A stretch of DNA of 64,000 nt from Candidatus Latescibacterota bacterium (GTDB lineage: Bacteria > Latescibacterota > UBA2968 > UBA8231): positions 32,639 through 96,638 of the forward strand of contig CBDCNM010000002.1 in NCBI GenBank assembly GCA_965219385.1. Direction: 5' to 3'. This document shows positions 1 to 9,345 of this stretch, one piece after another. Within the stretch, counting starts at the first letter, position 1; the number at the start of each line of letters is the position of its first letter. Under the pieces are notes generated by a model that did no database searches, was not told the origin of the DNA, and was given only the letters and a program-made list of their open reading frames with translations. The translations under genes and the position numbers were made by a program.

Positions 1-362
1 TGCACCACAGGCTGGATCGCTGCCAGCAGCAGGTAGAGGCCATGGACACCCAGCGCCTCTACCTGGGTCTCCACGACCGCCTGGAACAGACCAGCCAGTA
101 CGTGGACGAGCGCCGCAATGCCCTGTTCACGGCCCTGGACTGGTACCTGCGCTTCCGTTTAGAGTCTTACCGCACGGCCGTAGCACGCCTGGAAGCACTC
201 AGCCCGCTGAGCAGCCTGGCACGCGGTTTTGCCGTATGCCAGCACCAGGAAAACCGCCGCCTGGTCCGCAGGGGTGGGGAACTGAAGATTGGAGAACAGG
301 TGAGGTTGCGCTTTCACCAGGGAGGAGCCCTCTGTCAAGTGGAGGAAATCATCGATGAGTGA
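1..362 (+). CDS. xseA: exodeoxyribonuclease VII large subunit, C-terminal portion (5' end upstream of window)
   Basis: Reading frame open from window edge (HHRLDRCQQQVEAMDTQRL...). Stop TGA 360-362 overlaps ATG 355 of a clear XseB homolog (ATGA coupling), the canonical xseA-xseB arrangement. Assigned mainly by context. Confidence 0.55.
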   Translation, partial: HHRLDRCQQQVEAMDTQRLYLGLHDRLEQTSQYVDERRNALFTALDWYLRFRLESYRTAVARLEALSPLSSLARGFAVCQHQENRRLVRRGGELKIGEQVRLRFHQGGALCQVEEIIDE

Positions 363-603
363 ACCATCCTTCGAAGAAGCTCTGGAACAACTCGAAGGCA
401 GCGTGGAACGCCTGGAATCCGGGGACCTGAACCTGGAAGAGGCGCTCCAGGTATTCGAGCAGGGCATAGCCGCCTCGCGCACCTGCACCCGCTGGCTGGA
501 CCAGACCCGCAAGCGGGTGCAGGTGCTCGTCGCCGACGAAACCGGCAATCTGCACCTGTCCTTCCTGGACGAAGAGGAAGACGACCAAGGGGAAGATATG
601 TGA
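355..603 (+). CDS. xseB: exodeoxyribonuclease VII small subunit
   Basis: 82 aa. SFEEALEQLE...LESGDLNLEEALQVFEQGI core typical of XseB. Acidic C-terminus. Confidence 0.9.
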   Translation: MSEPSFEEALEQLEGSVERLESGDLNLEEALQVFEQGIAASRTCTRWLDQTRKRVQVLVADETGNLHLSFLDEEEDDQGEDM

Positions 604-628
604 TTCCCCTGCTGGACCGTTTCCCGAC

Positions 629-753
629 TCAATTGGACCGTATCAGTCGGCGCCAGTACGCGGTCGCGTCCTGCAGGCGCTTTTCCCTGAGGTAGGCCTG
701 GAGCATCTCGATGACCTTCAGACGCAAGGCTAACTTACGCAGGTCCACATGGG
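629..753 (-). CDS. hypothetical 41-aa ORF (MAHVDLRKLALRLKVIEMLQAYLREKRLQDATAYWRRLIRSN)
   Basis: ATG at 753 with GAGGAGG ~7 nt upstream. 14 nt downstream of the large OMP gene on the same strand. No recognisable family. Confidence 0.25.
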
Positions 754-767
754 CCATGACCACCTCC

Positions 768-3700
768 TCAAAAACCCAGACCAAAATAAAAGCGCCATCT
801 GTCCACCTTCGTCGGCCTCGTCGGCTTCGTCGGCCTGTTTTGTAGGGCTTGCTCTGCGGGAGGCAAGGCCTCAAATGCCTCAAAATCCCTCTGTCGCGCC
901 TCAAAATCCCTCTGTCGCTGCGAACCCGCCAGTTCGCGATCCCGGTTGAGCGGATGGGCCACCTGGAAAAAGGCGGTTAGAGGAATGGCGTAGAAGGTGA
1001 AAAGCCGCAGGCGCAGCTCCCCTCCCACATCGGAGAGGAAGTGTTTGGTGGTGAAATCCTCGAAGAGAAAGTGATCCGTGCTGAACGGATCGAATTTGGC
1101 CTTGCCGAAATTGCCCATAGCCCCGGCTTCGGCAAAAAGCTCGCCGTAGAGATTGACAAAGTGGAAGTTGAAAAAATTGGTGCGCAGATGCTGGATCAGG
1201 GGGAAGGTATACCCCACCCGACCGTAGAGCAACTTGGACCCCCGTCTGGTGAAATAGGGATAGCCGCTGAGAAAGTTGAGGCCGCCCATATAGTAGCGCA
1301 GAGGCCAGTAGAATGCCCCTTCGAGGACACCGCCATCCCTGGTGAAATCTTTCACCTGCAGGTTGCGGTAGGCCCCCAGGAGTTCGAAGGAAAGGGTATT
1401 TTTAAAGGGCAGGCCGATGCGCTCCTCGTAAAGGCCCAGGTACTCGTTGACCCTGAGGCGCCGCTCGGCGGGCGCGAACTCGTCCCGGGGCACTCCATCG
1501 GGAGAGGTCTGCGTCGCCAGAGAATCCGCCAGGGTCGGCAGCATATAGCGGTAGAGCAGGGCCAGGGTGCGCCCGGTGGGATTGATGCGCCTGTCCGCGG
1601 TGGGGTTCAGCAGCCGATAAACCCATATAAAGGACAGATCGTGCGAAGCGAAGAAATCCAGCCCGCTATAGCGTTTCCGGGGATCTTGAGGAGCGACCAG
1701 CAGGGTATCCAGAAAAGTCTGGTCGCGCGGCAGGACATTGGTGATATTTACCGTATCGCCATTGACCTCCTGAAGAAAAAAGCTCTGACTCGTGAGGCGC
1801 AGCTGGCGCACCTGTAGATTCTCGTCGTAGTTGCGCCGCAAATACTGGAAGGAGAGACGCTGACGGCGGGTCAGGGGCAGATTTACCCCCGCGGCCAAGG
1901 TGTTGTAGACATCCTTAAACTGATCATCCTGGTCAATGGTCTGGTAAAAGTGCCCGGTGACATCTGGGGCCAGCACAGTCGTCGAATCCACGACCAATCG
2001 GAGGGTCCCGCTCACGGTATCGGCCAAAGTGGTTAAGCGTTCTGCCAGATGATCAATCTCGCGCCGCCGGAGTTGCAGGTAAAAGGAAGGATTGAAGGTG
2101 CGGTTATTGCCCACCATGGGACGCAGACTGCGCTGGTAGAACAGCCCCAGGTCCGTGTTCAGATCCGTATCGGCGCGGAAATTCTTGCCAAAGACCCCCC
2201 AGGCTGTAAGATCCTGGCCACCAAACTGCTCGCCGGTCGTGAACTGGAGGCCGGCGCTGAGCTGGTTGAGCCCGAACTCGTTGCCGAGGAATGTGGGGCC
2301 CACACCGAAAATGGGGATGTAGTGGAGCACCTTGCGACCGCCATAGGGTCCGACCCTGTACTGATCGGAAAGTTTGGGGCCGCTATAAATGGACTGGTAG
2401 TCGCGCAGCGCCATCGGCTCGAAATGAGCCGTTTTCTGGTAGGCGCCCGGTTCGAACTCGTAGAGGTTGTAATCCGAGGAGTGGTACCCGGCGTACACCA
2501 CCCGTCCCGATGCCGATACCGCCGGCGCGAAGGCCCCACCCAGCACATTGGTGAGCTGTTCCACCTCCCCCGTCTCCAGGTGGTAGCGATAAATATTGAA
2601 AATGCCGCTTTGATCCGAGGAGAACACAAACCCGCTGCCGTCGGGCAGCCAGAACGGATCGCGCTCGTCGGCGCGCGAGGCCAGCAGCGCCCGAAAGCCC
2701 GAGGTGTCCGGGTCGGGAAAGGCCAGGCTGTCCGGAAATACCTGCAGGGAATCGGAGACTTCCTCGCGTTTGCCCAGACGCGGCCCCTTGCCCTCGGGCT
2801 CGCGGATGCCGAAGTGCTTGGGCCGCGGCGGACTGTCGGCGCGCATCAGGGCGATGTCGCGGTCCTCGCCCCTGAAGACGCTGAAGAGTAGCCACTGTCC
2901 GTCGGGTGAAAAGCGCGGCGCCGAATACTGGGTGCCGTCGTTGTGGTTGGTCAGATAGGCCAGGCCGCTGCCGTCGCGGTTGACCAGGCCCAGGTTGTTG
3001 GTGCCGTCCTCGTTGCGCACGAAGACGATGTGCTCCCCGTCCGGGGAAAAGGCCGGGTCTTTGGCGCGCAACTGGGCGCTGATGCGGTACTCTTTGTCTT
3101 CCTCGAAGTTGTAGATGTAGAGGTCGTTGAAGCCGCCCTTGTTGCGCACAAAGAGGATCTCGCGGCTGTCCGGCGACCAGGATATGCGGGTGTCCACATA
3201 ACCTTTCAGCTTCTTCTTTTTGCCGCTCTCGAAATCGTAGACCTTGAGATTGGGGATGGCAAAATCGCGTTTCTCACTGGTGATGTAGGCCAGTTTCTTG
3301 CCGTCCGGCGAGTAGGTCGGGTGGTATTCTATGACGCCCTCGTTGAGTTCGTGCAGATCGGCTCCTTGAAACAAGCCCTGGCTGCGCACCTCGGCGGCCA
3401 ACTGGCCGTAGTGTTCCTCGAGGAAACGCACCCAGTCCTTGTAGAGCTGGTCGGCCGAAATGCCCAGGACCTTGCGGATGGCCGGGTCAAAACTCAAAGT
3501 GCCGCTGTGGTGGGTCAGGGCCTCGACTTTTTCGCGTCCGTACTGATTCTGTATGTAGAGCAGCAGGGCGTAGCCTTGGTTGTAGACCATTTCCCCGTAG
3601 AAGCCGCCGCTGCGACTGCCGATGCTACCCATCTCCCCATAGGAGAGTAGATCGTCTTCCAGGGTGGCCATGCGCAGCAGCATATCGCGGTGGGTATCCC

Positions 3701-4262
3701 AGCGGTCGTAGCCGTATTGGTGCGGAGTGTACTGGGCAATGCCTTCGGTCCACCAGCGCGGGGCGGTCATGTGAAAGAGCGGAAAATTGAAGGTGACATC
3801 CGGATTCGAATCGAAACGGGACACCTGTAATATGGCGAACTGGAAGGGCCACTTCTTGCGCACCTTGTTGAGGGTCATGATATGGGCCAGTTCGTGGGTC
3901 AGCACATTTTTGATCCAATCGTGGCTGCCGCGCAGTTCGATATCCAGACTGGTCGCCCAGATGACAATGGTATTGGTATAGTAATCCGCCGACCCGTTGC
4001 CCAGCATATCTGAATTATCGAGTACGATGATGTGAATAGGCGAGAAATCCTCGTAGTAATTGTAGGCCGCGGCCATGGGTGCAAAGACTTCCTCGGCGGT
4101 CTCGGCTACCCGGCGGGCCGTGCCCGTGGCACCGTCCATAAAGTGAATGCGGAAGTGATCGGTGGAAATGGTCTTTATCTGGGCATCCGCCGGCCGCGCG
4201 GCAAAAATGGCCGCGGTAAAAGCGACCAGGACAGTGCCCCATGAGAGTCTCCTGCCAGTCAA
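768..4262 (-). CDS. 1164-aa outer-membrane protein: signal peptide, HExxH zinc-metallopeptidase-like N-domain, TolB-like PD40 beta-propeller repeats, C-terminal Omp85/Bac_surface_Ag-type beta-barrel
   Basis: TTG start followed by RR-type signal peptide (…AARPADA/QI). THELAHIM plus downstream WWTEG. Repeated [YWF]SPDG / LPDG PD40 motifs (YSPDGKKLAY, WSPDSREILF, FSPDGEHIVF, FSPDGQWLLF, LPDGSGFVF). Omp85-like C-terminal region (…LSDVGGELRLRLFTFYAIPL…) ending WRFYFGLGF. In-frame tandem DNA duplications near the 3' end (RQRDFEA x2, PTKPTRPTK). Confidence 0.8.
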   Translation of the reverse strand: MTGRRLSWGTVLVAFTAAIFAARPADAQIKTISTDHFRIHFMDGATGTARRVAETAEEVFAPMAAAYNYYEDFSPIHIIVLDNSDMLGNGSADYYTNTIVIWATSLDIELRGSHDWIKNVLTHELAHIMTLNKVRKKWPFQFAILQVSRFDSNPDVTFNFPLFHMTAPRWWTEGIAQYTPHQYGYDRWDTHRDMLLRMATLEDDLLSYGEMGSIGSRSGGFYGEMVYNQGYALLLYIQNQYGREKVEALTHHSGTLSFDPAIRKVLGISADQLYKDWVRFLEEHYGQLAAEVRSQGLFQGADLHELNEGVIEYHPTYSPDGKKLAYITSEKRDFAIPNLKVYDFESGKKKKLKGYVDTRISWSPDSREILFVRNKGGFNDLYIYNFEEDKEYRISAQLRAKDPAFSPDGEHIVFVRNEDGTNNLGLVNRDGSGLAYLTNHNDGTQYSAPRFSPDGQWLLFSVFRGEDRDIALMRADSPPRPKHFGIREPEGKGPRLGKREEVSDSLQVFPDSLAFPDPDTSGFRALLASRADERDPFWLPDGSGFVFSSDQSGIFNIYRYHLETGEVEQLTNVLGGAFAPAVSASGRVVYAGYHSSDYNLYEFEPGAYQKTAHFEPMALRDYQSIYSGPKLSDQYRVGPYGGRKVLHYIPIFGVGPTFLGNEFGLNQLSAGLQFTTGEQFGGQDLTAWGVFGKNFRADTDLNTDLGLFYQRSLRPMVGNNRTFNPSFYLQLRRREIDHLAERLTTLADTVSGTLRLVVDSTTVLAPDVTGHFYQTIDQDDQFKDVYNTLAAGVNLPLTRRQRLSFQYLRRNYDENLQVRQLRLTSQSFFLQEVNGDTVNITNVLPRDQTFLDTLLVAPQDPRKRYSGLDFFASHDLSFIWVYRLLNPTADRRINPTGRTLALLYRYMLPTLADSLATQTSPDGVPRDEFAPAERRLRVNEYLGLYEERIGLPFKNTLSFELLGAYRNLQVKDFTRDGGVLEGAFYWPLRYYMGGLNFLSGYPYFTRRGSKLLYGRVGYTFPLIQHLRTNFFNFHFVNLYGELFAEAGAMGNFGKAKFDPFSTDHFLFEDFTTKHFLSDVGGELRLRLFTFYAIPLTAFFQVAHPLNRDRELAGSQRQRDFEARQRDFEAFEALPPAEQALQNRPTKPTRPTKVDRWRFYFGLGF

Positions 4263-4315
4263 ATCAACCTGCTTCCCATGCTCGTTATCGGGATATGAAA
4301 ATATGACTTAGAAAA

Positions 4316-4590
4316 GATACCTGGGATCCGTACTCATAAAGATACCTGGGATCCGCACTCATAAAGATACCTGGGATCCGCACTCATAAAGATACCTGGG
4401 ATCCGCACTCATAAAGATACCTGGGATCCGCACTCATAAAGATACCTGGGATCCGCACTCATAAAGATACCTGGGATCCGCACTCATAAAGATACCTGGG
4501 ATCCGCACTCATAAAGATACCTGGGATCCGCACTCATAAAGATACCTGGGATCCGCACTCATAAAGATACCTGGGATCCGCACTCATGTC
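4316..4590. repeat. tandem array of 11 direct copies of a 25-bp unit GATACCTGGGATCCGCACTCATAAA, no spacers
   Basis: Read directly. Exact 25-bp period starting 4316. Copy 1 has one substitution (GTACTC). Copies 2-10 are identical. Copy 11 is degenerate (…CATGTC). Each unit contains GGATCC. Lies in the divergent intergenic region between the OMP gene start (4262) and the gene starting 4748. Confidence 0.95.
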
Positions 4591-4747
4591 AAATTTTCAC
4601 TCCCAAACAGATTTTGCCACAGCGCAGGGCCGCACCCAGCACGACAACCTCCCTATTTCTTCCTCCTTGCCTTCAAATTGATAAAACCTTAGTTTCCGCT
4701 CATTCTGCCGCTGTAAATATCGCCCTTTGCAATCCTGGAGTTGGGCC

Positions 4748-5419
4748 ATGCGCTATACCATTGCTCGCACAACGATCCTGAAATCGCCGGATGCCGACTG
4801 GGAACGCTCCGAATGGCAGGATGCCGAGACCCTCGAAGTGGCGCTCTACCCCTGGGAGGATTCCGGCCATCGCCCCCGAACCAGGGCCTGCTTGCTCTAC
4901 AACGACGAAGCCCTGGCCCTCATCTTTCGGGTCGAGGACCAGTACGTGCGCGCCGTCGCCCGGAACTTTCAGGACTCGGTATGCACCGATAGTTGCGTTG
5001 AATTTTTCGTCTCGCCCTTGCCCGACTCGGAAGCTTATTTCAACTTCGAAGTCAACTGCGGCGGCACCATGCTGGCGCGTCGCTGTCCTGCCCCGGCCGA
5101 AAGCGACGCCGGCGTGGAAGGGGTCGAGGTCAGCGCCGCCCACGGCGCCTCCATTCCCATGGCCCATTCCCTGCCCAGGATCGTCGAGCCGGAAATAACC
5201 CAGCCCACCACCTGGACCCTCGAATACCACATCCCCTTCGCCCTCTTCGAACACTACTTCGAAGCGTCCCGGCCCACGTCCGGCACCATCTGGAAGGGCA
5301 ATTTCTACAAGTGCGGCGATGCCACCTCTCACCCGCACTGGGGCAGCTGGGCGCCGGTGAATACACCGCGCCCCTCCTTCCATCAGCCCGCCTTCTTCCA
5401 ACCCATACTCTTCGGCTAA
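4748..5419 (+). CDS. hypothetical protein, possibly a CBM9-like/DOMON-like carbohydrate-binding fold
   Basis: ATG 4748 with GGAG 8 nt upstream (alternative TTG at 4727). Aromatic-rich 223-aa product. Family assignment is tentative pattern recognition only. Confidence 0.45.
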   Translation: MRYTIARTTILKSPDADWERSEWQDAETLEVALYPWEDSGHRPRTRACLLYNDEALALIFRVEDQYVRAVARNFQDSVCTDSCVEFFVSPLPDSEAYFNFEVNCGGTMLARRCPAPAESDAGVEGVEVSAAHGASIPMAHSLPRIVEPEITQPTTWTLEYHIPFALFEHYFEASRPTSGTIWKGNFYKCGDATSHPHWGSWAPVNTPRPSFHQPAFFQPILFG

Positions 5420-5421
5420 CG

Positions 5422-6549
5422 ATGAATCACATCTTTGCGTTGATCTCCCTTATAGCGGTCCCTTTGCTGCTCACCGCGCTTTCCATCCCTTTGATAAAGC
5501 GTATGGCCTGGAGCTTCAACCTAGTGGATTACCCCGCACAGGGAGACCACAAATCCCACCAGCGTCCCGTTCCCTACGGCGGTGGGCTGGCCATTTTTCT
5601 GGGGACCCTGTTGCCCATGGTTCTGGTTCTGCTCTATACACTCTACCTTCTCACGCTCTCCGGCGCCGATTCTTTCCCCTCCTGGGCGCTGGCGATAACG
5701 GCTTTGTTCACAACGGCTTTGTTCGAGGGCATCAACCACATTTCGATCTTGCTGGGGTGCGCCAGCATCCTCTGCCTGACCGGCCTGATCGACGACTGGC
5801 GCGGTCTGCCGCCTCTTCCTCGCTTCCTCATCGAAATCGCCACGGCCACCATCCTGGTCTTCGAGGCGCCCGAGTTTCGCCTCGGCTTTTTCTCGTCCAA
5901 TGCCTTCGTTGCGGTACCGCTCACCATCTTCTGGATCGTCTCCATGACCAATGCCTTCAACTTTCTGGACAACATGGACGGTCTCACTGCGGGCATCTCC
6001 GCCATTTCCCTGACCCTGCTGGGCCTCATGGCGCTGACTTCGGGCCACATCGCCGGCGCCGCCCTGAGTCTGGTTATGGTGGGCGCCCTCTTGGGGTTTC
6101 TGCTCTACAACTTCCCGCCGGCCAGCGTGTTCATGGGAGACGCCGGAGGCCTTTTTCTGGGTTTCATGGTCGGCAGCCTGAGCGCTCTCTTGAGCCATCA
6201 TTCCAGTCAACCTGGAGCCATCCTCCCCTACCGGCTGGCCCCTCTGCTGGTACTGGCCATACCGCTTTACGACCTGGTATCGGTGGTCCTCATCCGCCTC
6301 GGCAACGGCGTTCCCCCCTGGGTGGGTGACAACAACCACATCAGCCATCGCCTGGTCCACATGGAACTTTCCCGCCGCCATGCCGTGCTGATCATCTACC
6401 TGCTGACCCTGCTGACCGGGCTCCCGGCCCTTTTTCTGTTGCGCACTCACTCCTGGACGGCCTGGCTGCTGCTTTTCCTGGTGCCGGTATTCCTGGGCAT
6501 CGTGGCCCTGATCGACCTGACTGCCCGACGCCGGCACGGGCCGTCTTGA
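5422..6549 (+). CDS. undecaprenyl-phosphate HexNAc-1-phosphate transferase (WecA/MraY family, GT4 polyprenyl-phosphate transferases)
   Basis: Polytopic hydrophobic profile. NAFNFLDNMDGL, VFMGDAGGLFLGF and GDNNHISHRL motifs. ATG 5422 abuts the upstream stop. Confidence 0.85.
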   Translation: MNHIFALISLIAVPLLLTALSIPLIKRMAWSFNLVDYPAQGDHKSHQRPVPYGGGLAIFLGTLLPMVLVLLYTLYLLTLSGADSFPSWALAITALFTTALFEGINHISILLGCASILCLTGLIDDWRGLPPLPRFLIEIATATILVFEAPEFRLGFFSSNAFVAVPLTIFWIVSMTNAFNFLDNMDGLTAGISAISLTLLGLMALTSGHIAGAALSLVMVGALLGFLLYNFPPASVFMGDAGGLFLGFMVGSLSALLSHHSSQPGAILPYRLAPLLVLAIPLYDLVSVVLIRLGNGVPPWVGDNNHISHRLVHMELSRRHAVLIIYLLTLLTGLPALFLLRTHSWTAWLLLFLVPVFLGIVALIDLTARRRHGPS

Positions 6550-6698
6550 CAGTTGCCCGACTCCTTCTTTAATCCCTTGTTATTCATTCAACTTGTCAGG
6601 AAGCGAGGCTTGCCGCTGCGAAGATCGATTTCGCATAAGTTCATGGGCTGAGTGTCTGCCATAGTTTCCTTCTTAGGCAAACTTGTCCCTCCTGACCC

Positions 6699-7583
6699 TT
6701 AGAAGCTGTTGAGTTAAAAAAGCTCTGTATGTATTGTATGTATAATGTATTGCTTGCTGTCTTTTTTGCGCAGGGAGGCTTTTAGTATGGGCGGGTATCC
6801 AAGTGACTTGACGGATCCAGAATGGGCCCTGATCGCGGGGTTTTTCGACCGTCCTGATCCCCGGGGCAACCCCGGCAAGTATGCCAAACGCGAGGTGGTC
6901 AATGCCATTTTATAGGTCGTCAAAGGGGGTATTCCGTGGCGGATGCTGCCGCTTGATTTTCCCCCTTGGGATACCGTCTAGGACCATTACCGACGCTGGA
7001 ATCAGCGTGGCGTGTGGGAACAAGCCCTGGACGCGCTGCATGAGCGCGCCCGTCACAAGCAGGGCAAAAACGAGCATCCGACCTATGCCTTGATCGATTC
7101 GCAATCGGTTAAAACCCAATAGGCCAGTCAGGATCGAGGCGTGGATGGGGGGGGAAAAGATCAAAGGCCGTAAACGCCACCTCGCCCCCGATACGCTGGG
7201 TAATATGCTGACCGTCCAAGTACATGCCGCCAAGGTGGCCGATACTAGCCAAGGATGGGACGTATGTGATCGGGTCGCGGAAAAGTATGATTCGGTCGAA
7301 GCCTTCTGCGGCGACCAAGGCTATCGCGGTACCACCGTTGCATTCGTTGAAAACCTGTTGGGGTTGCGACTCGATATAGCGGATAAACCAACCCAAGGGT
7401 TCCAAGTGGTGCCCAAACGCTGGATCATCGAACGAACCTTGGCTTGGTTGGGTGGATTTCGACGCTTGGCCAAAGACTTCGAAATCCTCACCCAATCCGC
7501 AGAGAACATGATTCGTATTGCCATGATAAAGATTACGGTCGCTAAATGCATCTGAATAACTCAACAGCTTCTTATTGACCTTT
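6699..7583 (+). mobile_element. decayed copy (copy 1) of an IS5-family element, type IS5-A (intact relative at 39297-40232)
   Basis: Terminal inverted repeats TTAGAAGCTGTTGAGTTA (6699-6716) and TAACTCAACAGCTTCTTA (7566-7583). TTA on both flanks, consistent with a 3-bp TNA target duplication. Internal transposase frame. Confidence 0.75.
6787..7555 (+). pseudogene. IS5-family DDE transposase pseudogene
   Basis: Collinear with the intact 268-aa transposase at 39324-40130. Interrupted by three in-frame TAG codons (6913-6915, 6979-6981, 7120-7122; the first two replace conserved Tyr). Also frameshifted at a G8 tract (7147-7154). C-terminal part is ORF 7145-7555 (…RWIIERTLAWLGGFRRLAKDFE…). Confidence 0.75.
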
Positions 7584-9240
7584 CTCGAAATTGTACGCGC
7601 CCTCGGTGACGCTGCGTTGCGAGCCGATCATGTCGACCGACCCGGCCGGGCGTCATGCGGTAACCATGTCGACGGGTTTGAGCGTAGCAAGGAATCTCCA
7701 GAGACGGTACCACCGGGCGGCGATCGCTTGCGCGATGGTGACCCCGACAGCCCGACCGTGGAGCGTAATACGCGAAGGGACGCGCAGGTAGCACCGGCGA
7801 AAGGTATCCAAACTCATGGCCGTTGTGGAGGTCCATTCTTCTTGGGACGCCCCGGACGGCGCTCGGAGCGCTCAGCGGCTTGGCGTCTCAAGTGAAGCAG
7901 ATTGTAGGCCAGCAGATTCAAGGTCAAGATCGCTTGGTTGGCGGCGAAGGCATCTCGGGACGGGGTACGCTTACGCGGCACCCAAGCGCGGTAGTGGTGC
8001 TTGGGACGGTTCGTCGAGGAGAGCTGCGGCATTAGGGTGGAGCTCAGCTCTCCGAGCATGTTCTCGAAGAGACCTTGCTGACGGTAAAAGGCGACCACGT
8101 CCCGTGCGCGCATGGTCCGCGCGCGCATGTCGGTGACCAGGAAGAAGTGACGGGCGATCGGTAACTCCTCGGTCTCGGAGGGGATCAATACCGACACCAT
8201 CCGCCGGGACCGCTGCCAGGAGCCGGCCTGATAGCGCAGTTCGCGACAGCGAAACCCCTCTTCTTGCAGCCGTTCCGGGTGTCGGGCCAGCTCCCGCTGA
8301 TAGCGCTCCACGTGAGGACGAGCCAAGTCCTCCAAGCGAGCATTCTTCTTGATGCGCGCCCCGTACGAGGTGTTCACACGGTCCTCCAGTCGGCTCAAGA
8401 AGGGGCCGCTCACCGAAGCCGCGTCGAAACGCACGATGACGCGCCGCGCCAGATGCGACTAAATCCAGTCCAGGCGCTCCAGGATCGCCTCTTCGGGGCC
8501 ATGATGCGCGTGCACGTTGCCCGGTCGCAGCACGGCACCGAAGAAGTCGCCGCTCTGCGCCGAGCCGATGATCCGGGGATGATACCCCGAGGCGTGGAAG
8601 TAACCATTGTACTCCACCCCCGCCTGGTGCCCGTGAACGGGCATCGGCAGGGCCTCCATGTCCACCGCCAATGCCTCGTATTGCAGCCGTCGATTGATCA
8701 ACTGACAACGAGACCAGGCGTTGCGCAGGACCGCTTCCTCCAACACCTCCCGGTTGTGCGCTGGCGCCGCTTGCACGATCAAACGCGACAGCGTCGGCTG
8801 GCTGGCCAGTCCGTGCGGCGTGGCTTCGTCGGCCTCGCGCAACGGCGACTGCCCTCTGCGATCGCCTGACCGACAAGCGAAGAATGGGATCCTCCCGCAG
8901 CCCGTCGGCGGCGGCGTGGGTCCAGCCCTGCGCCAACAGCAACAGCTGGGTGCGCAGCAACTCCGACATCGGGTGCGTGATCAGGTCCTGATCACGCCGG
9001 TCCTCGAAGTGCTCGTCCACCCAATCCAGGACCTTGCTGTGTTCAAGCATTTGCCGCAACACCAGCGCACCGCTGTCGCTGCTGAGTTGGCTGGGTCGTG
9101 CCTCGATGTGGATGGAGCAGTTGAAAGACGGTTGAATCGGCCCCTCTTGCCCCGACGCGATGTATGACTTTATTTCACCCACTGGATGTCCTCCTGTGTG
9201 GTCGTTTCATATGAATAACAAGGGTTAATATAAATTCACT
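7584..9240 (-). mobile_element. remnant of an IS1380-family element (boundaries approximate)
   Basis: Transposase pieces in three frames on the minus strand. N-terminus 9182 with GTG start and AGGAGG upstream (…LSSDSGALVLRQ…THP…). Middle 8459-8842 (…HGHQAGVEYNGYFHASGYHP…LRPGNVHA…). C-terminus 7814-8434 (…YQAGSWQRSRRMV…YRQQGLFENMLGEL…FAANQAILTLNLLAYNL…). Confidence 0.6.
7814..9182 (-). pseudogene. IS1380-family transposase, multiply frameshifted
   Basis: See element entry. The long 403-aa ORF is mostly out-of-frame R/G/A-rich translation after ~aa 110. Confidence 0.6.
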
Positions 9241-9345
9241 TTTCTTCAACAATAGTTCGGACACTTTTTGACAAAAAGGTGCCGTCTCCTCAGGTTGGTA
9301 TCTTCGACGACCAGTCACCGATACCTTCCCCAGAAAGACGGCACC

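Noticed and set aside
4316-4590. Tandem 25-bp array considered as a CRISPR array
   Set aside because: Units are directly adjacent with no unique spacers, and no cas genes are nearby. It is a simple tandem repeat.
6787-7140. Amber (TAG) codon reassignment suggested by three in-frame TAGs in a transposase
   Set aside because: TAG terminates well-supported genes in the same window (14624-14626, 15841-15843, 35736-35738), and the same element also has a frameshift. It is interpreted as a pseudogene.
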